NCBI GenBank assembly: GCA_039799905.1
Contig: JBDLRP010000039.1
Span: 32,001-96,000, forward strand
Direction of reading: 5' to 3'
DNA from: Pseudomonadota bacterium
GTDB taxonomy: Bacteria; Bdellovibrionota_B; Oligoflexia; Silvanigrellales; Silvanigrellaceae
DNA: 64,000 nt
Under the pieces are notes generated by a model. It was not told where the DNA came from. It was given only the letters and a program-made list of their open reading frames with translations, and did not search any database. The position numbers and the translations under genes are program-made. Below, piece by piece: positions 55,569 through 64,000 of this stretch (positions within the stretch are counted from its first letter, which is position 1; each line of letters starts with the position of its first letter).

Positions 55569-56549
55569 TCACTTGACTTCAACAGAGCTTCCACGGGTGA
55601 ATTCCCACCGACCGGCAGCGACATTCAGCCCGCCGACGCGCACGAAGTAGTTGCCGGGGTTAACGCCGCTCAGCGCCAGTTGGCTCTTGTTCGTCGAGAA
55701 CGAGTGTGCAATCGAGGTGAACGCAGCATCGCTCGCAAACTCGAGTCTGAAGTGCGCAGCCTCACCATCGGCCGACCACTGCAGAGTTTCGCTGGCACCG
55801 ATGGATGCACCAATCTTCATCGCAATGTTCAGCTTGGGAGCCGCTGCAACCGTGATCTCAGTCACCTCTGTCTTACCAGCCACGCGCCAATAGATCTTGC
55901 CTGGGGGCGGATTCGGGATACGCAGTTGTCCGCCTGCGTTGGTCGTGCCGCTGATGTACATCTCCGAAAAATCGGCCTTACGCGAAACTTCGATTCCTGT
56001 GCCAGCGGCAGCCTGTACAATAGGTCCGCCGCCATTTTCGTTGTATGTGTATGAAGCTGATGAAGACGGTGCAACCGCATCGGTTGCGAGTTCTTCACCA
56101 TCTTCTTCTGTTTCCTCGTCCTCTTCAGTTGCTTCTTCTTCGGTTGCATCTGTCACTGCAGCGCCCGGGATCGCTTCGGTCGTTGGTTTCGCACCAGCGT
56201 CCGTTGTCGGCTTTGCTGCAGGAGTCACCACGGCTGTTTCCGGAGCCGGCTCGGTGCTCAGCGAATCATCGAAAAGGAGGAAGTATCCGGCACCAACGAT
56301 GATGAAGCCGACAGCACCCATGATGACCATGTAGGTCATCTTGCGACGCTTGTCGTCCTGCCCGCCGCCGCCGCCGTTGAAAATCTGACTGACAGCATTT
56401 GTTCCGCCACCGAATCCGGATGAGAACTCTCCACCCATCTGCGCCTGCGACTTGGGAGAGCCGCCGCCTGATGTTCCGCCGAAGGTTCCTCCGGCACCAA
56501 AACCGGTGTCGAATTGTGAACTGGATTGTTCATCTTTTCTTCGTGCCAT
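55569..56549 (-). CDS. Membrane-anchored protein with acidic linker and FnIII/Ig-like C-terminal domains
   Basis: Gly-rich N-terminus, one TM helix, EEEATEEDEE linker, PPPGKIYWRV and PGNYFVRV strands. Confidence 0.7.
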   Translation of the reverse strand: MARRKDEQSSSQFDTGFGAGGTFGGTSGGGSPKSQAQMGGEFSSGFGGGTNAVSQIFNGGGGGQDDKRRKMTYMVIMGAVGFIIVGAGYFLLFDDSLSTEPAPETAVVTPAAKPTTDAGAKPTTEAIPGAAVTDATEEEATEEDEETEEDGEELATDAVAPSSSASYTYNENGGGPIVQAAAGTGIEVSRKADFSEMYISGTTNAGGQLRIPNPPPGKIYWRVAGKTEVTEITVAAAPKLNIAMKIGASIGASETLQWSADGEAAHFRLEFASDAAFTSIAHSFSTNKSQLALSGVNPGNYFVRVGGLNVAAGRWEFTRGSSVEVK

Positions 56550-56567
56550 GATTCTCAACCTCTTCTG

Positions 56568-56584
56568 TGCAGGTATGGTGCCAA
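56568..56584 (-). promoter_or_regulatory. Possible sigma-54 promoter
   Basis: TGGCAC-CATAC-CTGCA, but very close to the ATG. Confidence 0.4.
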
Positions 56585-56694
56585 CTGTATTGTCACCGGA
56601 GTCATCGGAGGATTGAGACACGAATTTAATCGTCTGTTTAATTAATTGACGGTGTGAAATTTATTCCCAGCGGATACGGCAAGTTAGCGACACA

Positions 56695-58434
56695 TCAAGC
56701 AATCGAGCGGCTCATCAGCAATTCAATTTCTGCCTTGGATTTCAACATGATGCCGTGCTTGCCAAGTTTGTGTGACAGAGAATCGTACTGCGCCAAAATT
56801 TGCTGCACTGTCCCGCGGTAACCAATCTCTGCCAACTCAGTCCGGATGCGATAGCGCATCGGATTCCCTGCCATCGCCTCCATGACTTCATCGGTCGGCC
56901 TGAAAACGACGAAATCGACATCAGGATTCACGTCCATCGAGTGATTGAGCATCGATGAAAAGCGCGTCTGCACAAGACTCTTTATTGCCTGCACGGCAGT
57001 AAAGTAACCGCCGTGCCGCATGACCGCACCGGGCGAATTGCTCGTGTAGGCGACCATCGGGTCGATCATGATGACAAGCCCAGCACCTTTGCGGATTGCG
57101 GTGTTGAAATCTGAAGAACTTGTCAGCTGTCCATCGGAAAACCAATGCCCGTTGACCCGCTCCGGCAGGTAAAATGGCGGCAGCGCCGTGCTTGCGCGGA
57201 TCGCCTGACTTATTTTGATTTCACGCCACGGTTCTTCGCCGAACACGACATGTTCACCGGTGTCCTGATCCGTTGCGCTGATGTAGAGTTCTTTTTTGAG
57301 CTGCGCGATGTTGTCGGGGATTCCCAGCCGCGAGAGCTGCCGCTCCAAGAAGGCTTTCAGCCTTTCGCCGCGAAAAAATCCCACCGGCACCAAACGCTGC
57401 AGACGCACGACAACCTCACCGGGATCCAGCGTCGAGAGCATTCTCAAAACACCGACAATCCGTGAGACAATCTCACCGCCTGCCAAATCAAAGATAACAT
57501 TCAACGACAGCGGATCGAGCTTGCCGTGCTTTTTATAGAGCTGCTTGAGAATATCGTTTGAATGAGTGCCTGCAGCCAAAAACGATGCAAGAATTGCTCC
57601 CGATGACACTCCGCAAAAAATATCAAACTTGTTGCACGCACTGGTTGCCATCGAGTCATCCAGCGCATTTGTCACACCAATGGAGTAAATATAACCCTCA
57701 AGACCTCCACCTGAAATGCACAGACTCTTCTTCTGCTGCGACATTCTGAATTCGTACAATTGCTTTATTGCAAATTGAAACAACTGCGCCGACGTCGGTG
57801 GCTCAGTGATCACACCGCGCACATTGGCCAAACCTAAATTGAATGCGCGCGCCTGATTGTCGGATGCCGCGGGCAATACGACGAGCACCCGCCGCATCGG
57901 ATAGTGATAATTGCGTGGGGTAAAACTCTTGAGTGCATTGCGGAAATCTTCAAAAAGCAACGGTTTGAGGCCGGCCTGATTCTCATCTTCGGACGAAATC
58001 GCATGCAGGACGTCGTCACGCCGCGCCGAATCAGTGTCCCCTGCAACGACCACATCGTCCTTGCGCCGCCGAGCTGACGCCAGTTTTCCAGCCAATCCTT
58101 GCTCGGGCAGAGAAATTCGCTCATCCAAGATAATCAAATCAGGCTCGATGTGGACAAGATTGTTCGCAACCTGAAAAATATCAGAACTGAAATAAACGGT
58201 CGCTGGCGAGCTCAGTTCATGATCAGAAATTTCGCTCGGGAGCCTGCGCGCGAGCGCTTCGCTCAAAACATATGCCTCACCAAAGCCCTGCAGTCCGGCG
58301 ACTGGCCTGACACCCACCCTTCGGAAATCCGCCGCGAGGCGCCGCGTGACTTCGCGTGTCCCAAGATACACGACACGGAATCCTTCGGAGCGTTCGCGAT
58401 TTGTATCAGCAGCCATGTTTGTCTCTCCCGTCAT
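56695..58434 (-). CDS. Patatin-like phospholipase with N-terminal degenerate receiver-like region
   Basis: SGGGLEG, GVSSG (nucleophile), ASTALP and DGQ; N-terminal EPDLIILDER resembles a REC core. Confidence 0.88.
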   Translation of the reverse strand: MTGETNMAADTNRERSEGFRVVYLGTREVTRRLAADFRRVGVRPVAGLQGFGEAYVLSEALARRLPSEISDHELSSPATVYFSSDIFQVANNLVHIEPDLIILDERISLPEQGLAGKLASARRRKDDVVVAGDTDSARRDDVLHAISSEDENQAGLKPLLFEDFRNALKSFTPRNYHYPMRRVLVVLPAASDNQARAFNLGLANVRGVITEPPTSAQLFQFAIKQLYEFRMSQQKKSLCISGGGLEGYIYSIGVTNALDDSMATSACNKFDIFCGVSSGAILASFLAAGTHSNDILKQLYKKHGKLDPLSLNVIFDLAGGEIVSRIVGVLRMLSTLDPGEVVVRLQRLVPVGFFRGERLKAFLERQLSRLGIPDNIAQLKKELYISATDQDTGEHVVFGEEPWREIKISQAIRASTALPPFYLPERVNGHWFSDGQLTSSSDFNTAIRKGAGLVIMIDPMVAYTSNSPGAVMRHGGYFTAVQAIKSLVQTRFSSMLNHSMDVNPDVDFVVFRPTDEVMEAMAGNPMRYRIRTELAEIGYRGTVQQILAQYDSLSHKLGKHGIMLKSKAEIELLMSRSIA

Positions 58435-58448
58435 CGAACGGGGAGAGT

Positions 58449-59486
58449 CTATGAACTTTTGTCCGCAGGAACAAATGTCAGAAAGTGTGGCGCACTCTGC
58501 CAGCGGCCGGACAGCGGAATCGACGGACGATTTATGAAAAGACCAAGCGCCAATCCTCCGCCTCCGCCGCCCGTCAGCTTGGCTCCAACAGCACCGGCAG
58601 CAAGCAAATCTTCAACACAGGCATCCAAGGCCGGAGTTGAGACTTTCAAGAGCTGCAGCTGCTGGTGAGCCTGAGTCAAGAGTGATGCCACTTCAACGAT
58701 CTCACCCTTGGGTATGAGCTCACGGCAACGCCCAGCCAATGTCGCAAGCGTCGAAAAGCAGCCTGCGACTGTCTCCGGCGATCTTTCGCGCAGAGCGGCA
58801 ACCCGCATCACCATATCGCGCGTTGGAGTGCGCTCACCTGTGTCGATGAGCAGCAGCCAGAACGCTTGTCCGTTTGCAATTCGCGAGCTGCCCGATGATT
58901 TTTCAAAACTGATGATCGAATCGGAAACAACGGTTGCCGCGTCTAAACCGCTCGCGCGACCGTGAAACATTCCATCCAATTCATTTGCAAGCCAGCCCAC
59001 CTCTTGCGCGGAGGGTGTCATGCCCAGCGCCTGTGCCAGCGCGCGTATGAGCGCTGCGCTGAGCGCTGCAGAGCCACCCATACCCGCCCCGAGCGGAATC
59101 CTTGAATCAATGACAATCGGCTGGGGCGAAAAATCCGTCAGCTGTGCACTGCCGCCGGTCAACAGTTTCAATGCCAGTTCGAGTGATTGTGTCAGTCGTA
59201 TTTTTTCTGCGTGAGCTATCTGAGTAACAACCCCGCTCTGATTCAGCTGCCAGCAACTGTTCCAATCGGAGCAGATATTCTCATCGTTGGACTCAATCTG
59301 TTCGGAGAGCTTCAATTCGACACGCAAGCTTTGCTCTCTCAACGGAAGAGCGATGGCCGGATGACCGTCAACTGCGGCATGCTCACCAATCAAAATCACC
59401 TTGCCACAGGCGGTTCCATCCGCTCCGTGCGGAGCAAGAAAGACGGGCATTTTTTTTGCTCCGGAAGACACGTCATGTTGCTTCAT
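58449..59486 (-). CDS. mvk: Mevalonate kinase
   Basis: GKVILIGEHAAV.G.PAIA, IPLGAGMGGSAA, HGRASGLD and AKLTGGGGGG. Confidence 0.92.
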   Translation of the reverse strand: MKQHDVSSGAKKMPVFLAPHGADGTACGKVILIGEHAAVDGHPAIALPLREQSLRVELKLSEQIESNDENICSDWNSCWQLNQSGVVTQIAHAEKIRLTQSLELALKLLTGGSAQLTDFSPQPIVIDSRIPLGAGMGGSAALSAALIRALAQALGMTPSAQEVGWLANELDGMFHGRASGLDAATVVSDSIISFEKSSGSSRIANGQAFWLLLIDTGERTPTRDMVMRVAALRERSPETVAGCFSTLATLAGRCRELIPKGEIVEVASLLTQAHQQLQLLKVSTPALDACVEDLLAAGAVGAKLTGGGGGGLALGLFINRPSIPLSGRWQSAPHFLTFVPADKSS

Positions 59487-60781
59487 TTCGAAAGAAACTC
59501 CGCCGCCTCGGCAAGGCTCAGCTCCTTGAGCAGTTCCACCTTTGCCCCTGCCTGGAAAAAGTGGAGCGAAGCTTTGGAGAGTTCGTCGATACCAGTCACC
59601 AGTTGATTTGCAGCTTGCCCCAGCGGCAACAAAACCCGCGCCGACGAAAACGATGGGTCAACCGACAACTGGCGAAACACGCCAGCAAGCTCTCGCGCAG
59701 ATTTCACGTCGTAGAGCAGGTGCGGATTCGCGCCGGCATCGAGTGTCCAAAACATCGGCAGCTGTTTTTCGTTTCTGTGCCGAACAAACACTCCAATCGC
59801 ACGCGCCGTTTGTGCGTTCATATAATGCAGCGGAGTAGCGCCTGTGCCCATCACCGCGTGCATTTCAAAAGCGTCGGTTTCTGTGAGTTCTGCCATGCAA
59901 GAAAAATCTCCCTGCTGCAGCGCATGAAGCATACGAGCAAAACGGAACGGATATTGTGCAAGGCGGATCTCCTGCAACAAACTCGTCTGGGCAAGCTCAT
60001 GTCCTGCCGAGCTGTCGGTCTTCTTTTCGCCGGAGTCCAGCACAAGCACGCAGTGCCTGAGGTTTGCAAAACGCGGATTGGCTTCACACTCATGGGTCGT
60101 TGTGAGTGGTTCGGAGGCAGCTGTTGAATTTTCGCTGGTCCTCAGCTGCCATGCGACAAACTGATTTTCATTGGCTGCAGAATCCACCCGTGCAAGAGCC
60201 GATCGGGTTGCAGAACCGCTGCCCAGTCTTGCCCACTCCGTTTGCCAGAGCTGCAGTTCTTCGTCCGAGAAAAAACGCCGCAGGTTGAGTAGATCAGCAA
60301 TCGCACCAACCAACGCCGCATAGCCCGCAGCGCTGGAGGCAACTCCGCAAGCTGTCGGAAAGTTATTCTTGCTCGTCACCCGCAAAGAGATATCGTTGCC
60401 GAATGGCGAGAGCAGATGCCTGAGAAAATATTCCATTTTAGCCGGCAGAGGGCTTTCTTTCCCATTCAGCTGAATCAAAAAGCCGGGACGATTTTCAGCG
60501 CTCGGCAAAGAGTTTTCCTGCAGCGGAAAAAATCGCCCGCACACTTGCACTTCTGTGAAGGCTCGAAATGAACCGAGCGTCATGCTGATGCTCGAATTGA
60601 CTGGAATTTGCTTTCGCCCGGCCTGCTTCCCCCAATATTTTAAAAGTGCAATGTTGCTGGGAGCGGATGCATAGCCGCTATCACCACCTTGCAGCACGAG
60701 CCGACCTTCGCGACGTGCTTGTAGCAGACGCTCGGCGAGTGCACGCAGTCGCGGATTTTCATCAAAAAGAGTCGGGTTCAC
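59483..60781 (-). CDS. mvaD: Diphosphomevalonate decarboxylase
   Basis: APSNIALLKYWGK, NNFPTACGVASSAAG, ARLGSGSATRS and TLDAGANPH. Confidence 0.95.
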   Translation of the reverse strand: MNPTLFDENPRLRALAERLLQARREGRLVLQGGDSGYASAPSNIALLKYWGKQAGRKQIPVNSSISMTLGSFRAFTEVQVCGRFFPLQENSLPSAENRPGFLIQLNGKESPLPAKMEYFLRHLLSPFGNDISLRVTSKNNFPTACGVASSAAGYAALVGAIADLLNLRRFFSDEELQLWQTEWARLGSGSATRSALARVDSAANENQFVAWQLRTSENSTAASEPLTTTHECEANPRFANLRHCVLVLDSGEKKTDSSAGHELAQTSLLQEIRLAQYPFRFARMLHALQQGDFSCMAELTETDAFEMHAVMGTGATPLHYMNAQTARAIGVFVRHRNEKQLPMFWTLDAGANPHLLYDVKSARELAGVFRQLSVDPSFSSARVLLPLGQAANQLVTGIDELSKASLHFFQAGAKVELLKELSLAEAAEFLSK

Positions 60782-60784
60782 TGT

Positions 60785-61825
60785 TCAGGCTCCTTCCGCA
60801 AAAGCAAAACACACCGCCGGTGATTTTACGCCGGTCAAACGGATAATTTCGTCGATCCGAGCACGCGGTGCCATCACCCAAAGGCAATCACCGTGTCCGG
60901 CCCCCATGGTTTTCCATGCAATCTGTTGGGCATCGCAGGCATCGGTAAAAGCCCTGAGGTCGTTCGTCTCGGGAAGCAGGCCGTGGCGGCGTGCCCAGAG
61001 CGACGACTCGCGGCACAGTTGTGCAGCATGAGCAGACGATGGCTTGTCGATAAATTTCTGCGCCCACTCCGCTTGTTTTTCGTAGAACTCGTTGGGTTTA
61101 GCAGGCTGTTGATTCAAAACGGCGCGGGTGTCAGAACGAACCCCCGTTTGCACGAAACATCCCAACTGAGCCATCTCTTCGCGAGCCATGTCGATTGGAC
61201 GCAGCACAGGCTGCAAACTGCGACGGCTCAGGTCGGTGTTTGAAAAACCCAGCAGAGCATCGACGTGAGAATGTGCACCCGCGGCCGACCAACTCTGCGC
61301 AGCAATATCGTATCCGCTGCCCTTGCCCTGCAGAAGGATGAGTGCCCGATATATTCTGTGCCAATAATCGGGCGTAAGAGCGGTGCCGCCGCTCAATTGA
61401 GATAAAGCAATTTGAAAAGCGCTCAGCAATGCCGAAGAGCTTCCGAAGCCAAACGCAGGAGAAAAAGACTGCACGACCCTGACGGATAATTGTTTGTCAT
61501 TCAAAAATTCGCCGAAACCGCTGAGGTAACAGGCGAGATTTCTCGCCTCAGATTCCCCCTGCGAAGATGCCGAACGCTCTATCTCAGACACGGCAAGGCG
61601 CACTGGCTGCGCAAAAAAATCACTCTGAAGTTCACAGAAGGCATCGTCAGGCTGCGCACAACGGGTGAGCGAGAATTCCAGTGTCATGCAGAATTTCGAA
61701 AAAACAAAAACCGCCGCCGGCCCACCGCGCAGCACTCCGTATTCGCCAAACAGCATGGCCTTGGCCGGCACACTGACGATGAACTTCTGCGCTCGGTTTT
61801 GCTCAGTCTGATTTGGATGATGCAT
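60785..61825 (-). CDS. GHMP kinase, probable phosphomevalonate kinase
   Basis: PAKAMLFGEYGVLRG, GFGSSSA, QGKGSGYDIA and KTMGAGHGDC; lies in the mevalonate operon. Confidence 0.8.
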   Translation of the reverse strand: MHHPNQTEQNRAQKFIVSVPAKAMLFGEYGVLRGGPAAVFVFSKFCMTLEFSLTRCAQPDDAFCELQSDFFAQPVRLAVSEIERSASSQGESEARNLACYLSGFGEFLNDKQLSVRVVQSFSPAFGFGSSSALLSAFQIALSQLSGGTALTPDYWHRIYRALILLQGKGSGYDIAAQSWSAAGAHSHVDALLGFSNTDLSRRSLQPVLRPIDMAREEMAQLGCFVQTGVRSDTRAVLNQQPAKPNEFYEKQAEWAQKFIDKPSSAHAAQLCRESSLWARRHGLLPETNDLRAFTDACDAQQIAWKTMGAGHGDCLWVMAPRARIDEIIRLTGVKSPAVCFAFAEGA

Positions 61826-63140
61826 GTCCGCGCGCCACAGCAGCGAGTGATGGCAAATGATCATAGCGACGCATCATCTCGATATTCTTCTCGTGCAACG
61901 CCATGTGACCGCGCTGTATTCCTTCGCAAGCGAGCGCGCGCAGTGCCGACAGGTTTTGCGCCAATCCGACACTGGCAATAATTCCTGACAAGTCGCCTGC
62001 CGACGGGTGGCCGAGCAATGCCAACGAAGACTGAACCGCCGGATGAAGGCGGGTCACACCGCCGACAGTTCCCACAGCAACCGGAAGAGTGATTTCACCC
62101 TGCAAATGACCTTCCGCAGAGACAGACCAACGAGTGAGAGGCTTGTAGACTCCGGTGATCGCCGCAAAAGCATGTGCTCCTGCCTCGACAGCCCGCCAGT
62201 CGTTGCCGGTCGCTATCACAACCGGATCAATTCCATTCATCACTCCCTTGTTGTGCGTCGCAGCGCGATAGGGATCTAAATCTGCAAATTCCCACGCCGA
62301 GACGATTCTCGCGACAGCTTCGTCACCGCTGAATCCGCACAGCTCCAACGCCGAGCGATCGACTTCGCAGCGAACGCGGGTCAGTCGATGGACTGTCAGG
62401 TTGGTGAGAATCTTGAGGCCCACCACGCAGCGCAGCGAAGTTGGCAACCAACGGCCGATGTCCTCGGCGATCGTGTTGACGATGTTGGCCCCCATCGCCT
62501 CACGCGTGTCGACGTGAATGTGAATCACAAACATTCCGGCGCGCGGAAGAACACGCAACTCAACACCGGTTGCTCCGCCACCGCGGGCAAGCAGACGTGG
62601 ATGACAGGCATTGGCACGTTCAATCAATTCAGGGCGCACGCGTTCAAACCACACAGGAACCTGCGCGGCATCCTGCGCATCTACTGTCAGCTGCACCTGA
62701 CTTGTCGCAATTGTTTTAGTTGGCGTCGTGAAAAATCCGCCGCGTGTGCGCGCCAGCTTGGCACCGTGACTGGCAGCTGCGACAACGCTTGACTCCTCGA
62801 CCGCCATGGGAATGAGAGTTTCGCACCCGTCAATGAGAAAGTTGCTTGCAATTCCGAGTGGCAGCGAAAAACAACCAACGCTGTTTTCGATGAAATTGTC
62901 TGCCAGCTCATTTGTCATTTGTGCCTGCGATGCAAACACAGCAGCCATTTGTTCGGTGAGAAAACCACGCTCAACAAGGGCATCCAGACGTTGCGCCGCC
63001 GTCATGCGGGCGAATCCAGGGATACGGCTGGAGCGTTTGTCGTTCCTTTGCACGGCGACATCATCGCCCGTGCCGCAGGAAGCTCCTTCAACACTCGGCT
63101 TTTTCTTAGACAAAACGACATTGACGTCAGTCGTGGTCAT
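61803..63140 (-). CDS. mvaA: Hydroxymethylglutaryl-CoA reductase, class II
   Basis: ENSVG...PLG, PMAVEESSVVAA, EAMGANIVN, ATHNKGVMNG, GNDWRAVEAG and GIQRGHMALH. Confidence 0.96.
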   Translation of the reverse strand: MTTTDVNVVLSKKKPSVEGASCGTGDDVAVQRNDKRSSRIPGFARMTAAQRLDALVERGFLTEQMAAVFASQAQMTNELADNFIENSVGCFSLPLGIASNFLIDGCETLIPMAVEESSVVAAASHGAKLARTRGGFFTTPTKTIATSQVQLTVDAQDAAQVPVWFERVRPELIERANACHPRLLARGGGATGVELRVLPRAGMFVIHIHVDTREAMGANIVNTIAEDIGRWLPTSLRCVVGLKILTNLTVHRLTRVRCEVDRSALELCGFSGDEAVARIVSAWEFADLDPYRAATHNKGVMNGIDPVVIATGNDWRAVEAGAHAFAAITGVYKPLTRWSVSAEGHLQGEITLPVAVGTVGGVTRLHPAVQSSLALLGHPSAGDLSGIIASVGLAQNLSALRALACEGIQRGHMALHEKNIEMMRRYDHLPSLAAVARGHASSKSD

Positions 63141-63142
63141 TT

Positions 63143-64000
63143 TCAGGTCCTCTTTCTCAATCGAGTGGACAATTCGTCGATGCGTCGCGCTCCACTGCAG
63201 AACATTGCTATCTCGAGCGAACGAGCGAAAAACTCAATTTCCTCGTGCAGGGCTTGTTCGGCACTCTGGCCTTGCGACGGATTCACAACAGCACGGAAGA
63301 ACGGCAGGCCGACGCCGCACATATGAGCTCCCATGGCCAACATCAGCGCAACCTGAGCGCCGTCGCGGATACCGCCGGTTGCAATCAGCTGCCTTTCGGG
63401 AACAATGCCGAACGACTTGGGAACCGGAGCGCATTCGGCGACCGACTCCGCCGTGGACATTCCCCAATGTCGGAAAAGTTCGCCCAAGCGTGAGGTCAGT
63501 CTGTCGCCACGCTGTCCTTCAATCGCACTCCAGCTGGTGCCACCATGGCCGCCGACATCGACAGCCGCAGCGCCGGCTTCAAACATCCGACGGCAGGTTT
63601 CAGCCGTCATTCCGGAGCCCACCTCTTTGATGATGACAGGCACCGGCAGCTTTTTGCACAATGACTCAATATGACCGAGCAGCGCGGAAAAATCGCGCTC
63701 ACCTTCAGGTTGAATCTGCTCCTGCAGGGCATTGAGGTGCACGGCACAAGCGTTGAGTTCCAGCTCATGCGTCATCCTGAAAACATCGTCGACTGTGACA
63801 CCGTAATTGAAACTCACTGCTCCAACGTTGCCGATGAGGAATGCCCTCGGGGCAACCTTACGGACGTCGAACAGCTTGCGGCTTGCGGGATCTTTGATCA
63901 TCAATTTCTGTGAGCCGAGTCCCATCGGGATATTCCAGCGCTCGGCTGCAAGAGCAAGGGTCTCATTTATTTGCTGACCATCTCGCACCCCGCCGGTCAT
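63143..64000 (-). CDS. fni: Type 2 isopentenyl-diphosphate isomerase (5' end outside the window)
   Basis: MTGG, GLGSQ, HLNALQEQIQPEG, KEVGSG, GGHGGTSW and ATGGIRDG. Confidence 0.95.
   Translation of the reverse strand: MTGGVRDGQQINETLALAAERWNIPMGLGSQKLMIKDPASRKLFDVRKVAPRAFLIGNVGAVSFNYGVTVDDVFRMTHELELNACAVHLNALQEQIQPEGERDFSALLGHIESLCKKLPVPVIIKEVGSGMTAETCRRMFEAGAAAVDVGGHGGTSWSAIEGQRGDRLTSRLGELFRHWGMSTAESVAECAPVPKSFGIVPERQLIATGGIRDGAQVALMLAMGAHMCGVGLPFFRAVVNPSQGQSAEQALHEEIEFFARSLEIAMFCSGARRIDELSTRLRKRT

Overview
Gene-dense, mostly chromosomal backbone of a Gram-negative flagellated bacterium. The flagellin N-terminus, eukaryote-like ABCC transporter, mevalonate operon, PilZ/HD-GYP proteins and many lipoproteins suggest Bdellovibrionota/Oligoflexia (inference only). 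Bases ~0.9-8.2 kb form an accessory island: an XRE regulator with a lipoprotein cassette (including a collagen-stalked serine protease), an orphan phosphorothioate-reading SBD-HNH nuclease, an Rpn nuclease with an internal RBS for a short antitoxin-type isoform, a GNAT and a broken transglutaminase gene. Next come flagellin, a namZ/degenerate-sulfatase/xseAB/pyk operon, and fliG-fliH-fliI-fliJ-motE-rlmL with a dual-coding 39-bp repeat. Then trhO, a gamma-glutamylation cluster, secreted proteins (L,D-transpeptidase, an 818-aa split trypsin-like lipoprotein), speA, HD-GYP, clpC, lspA, a LuxE-LuxC fusion, tandem PilZ, ABCC, patatin and the mevalonate operon. No rRNA, tRNA or CRISPR array was seen. 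All calls come from motif recognition by eye; no searches were run.
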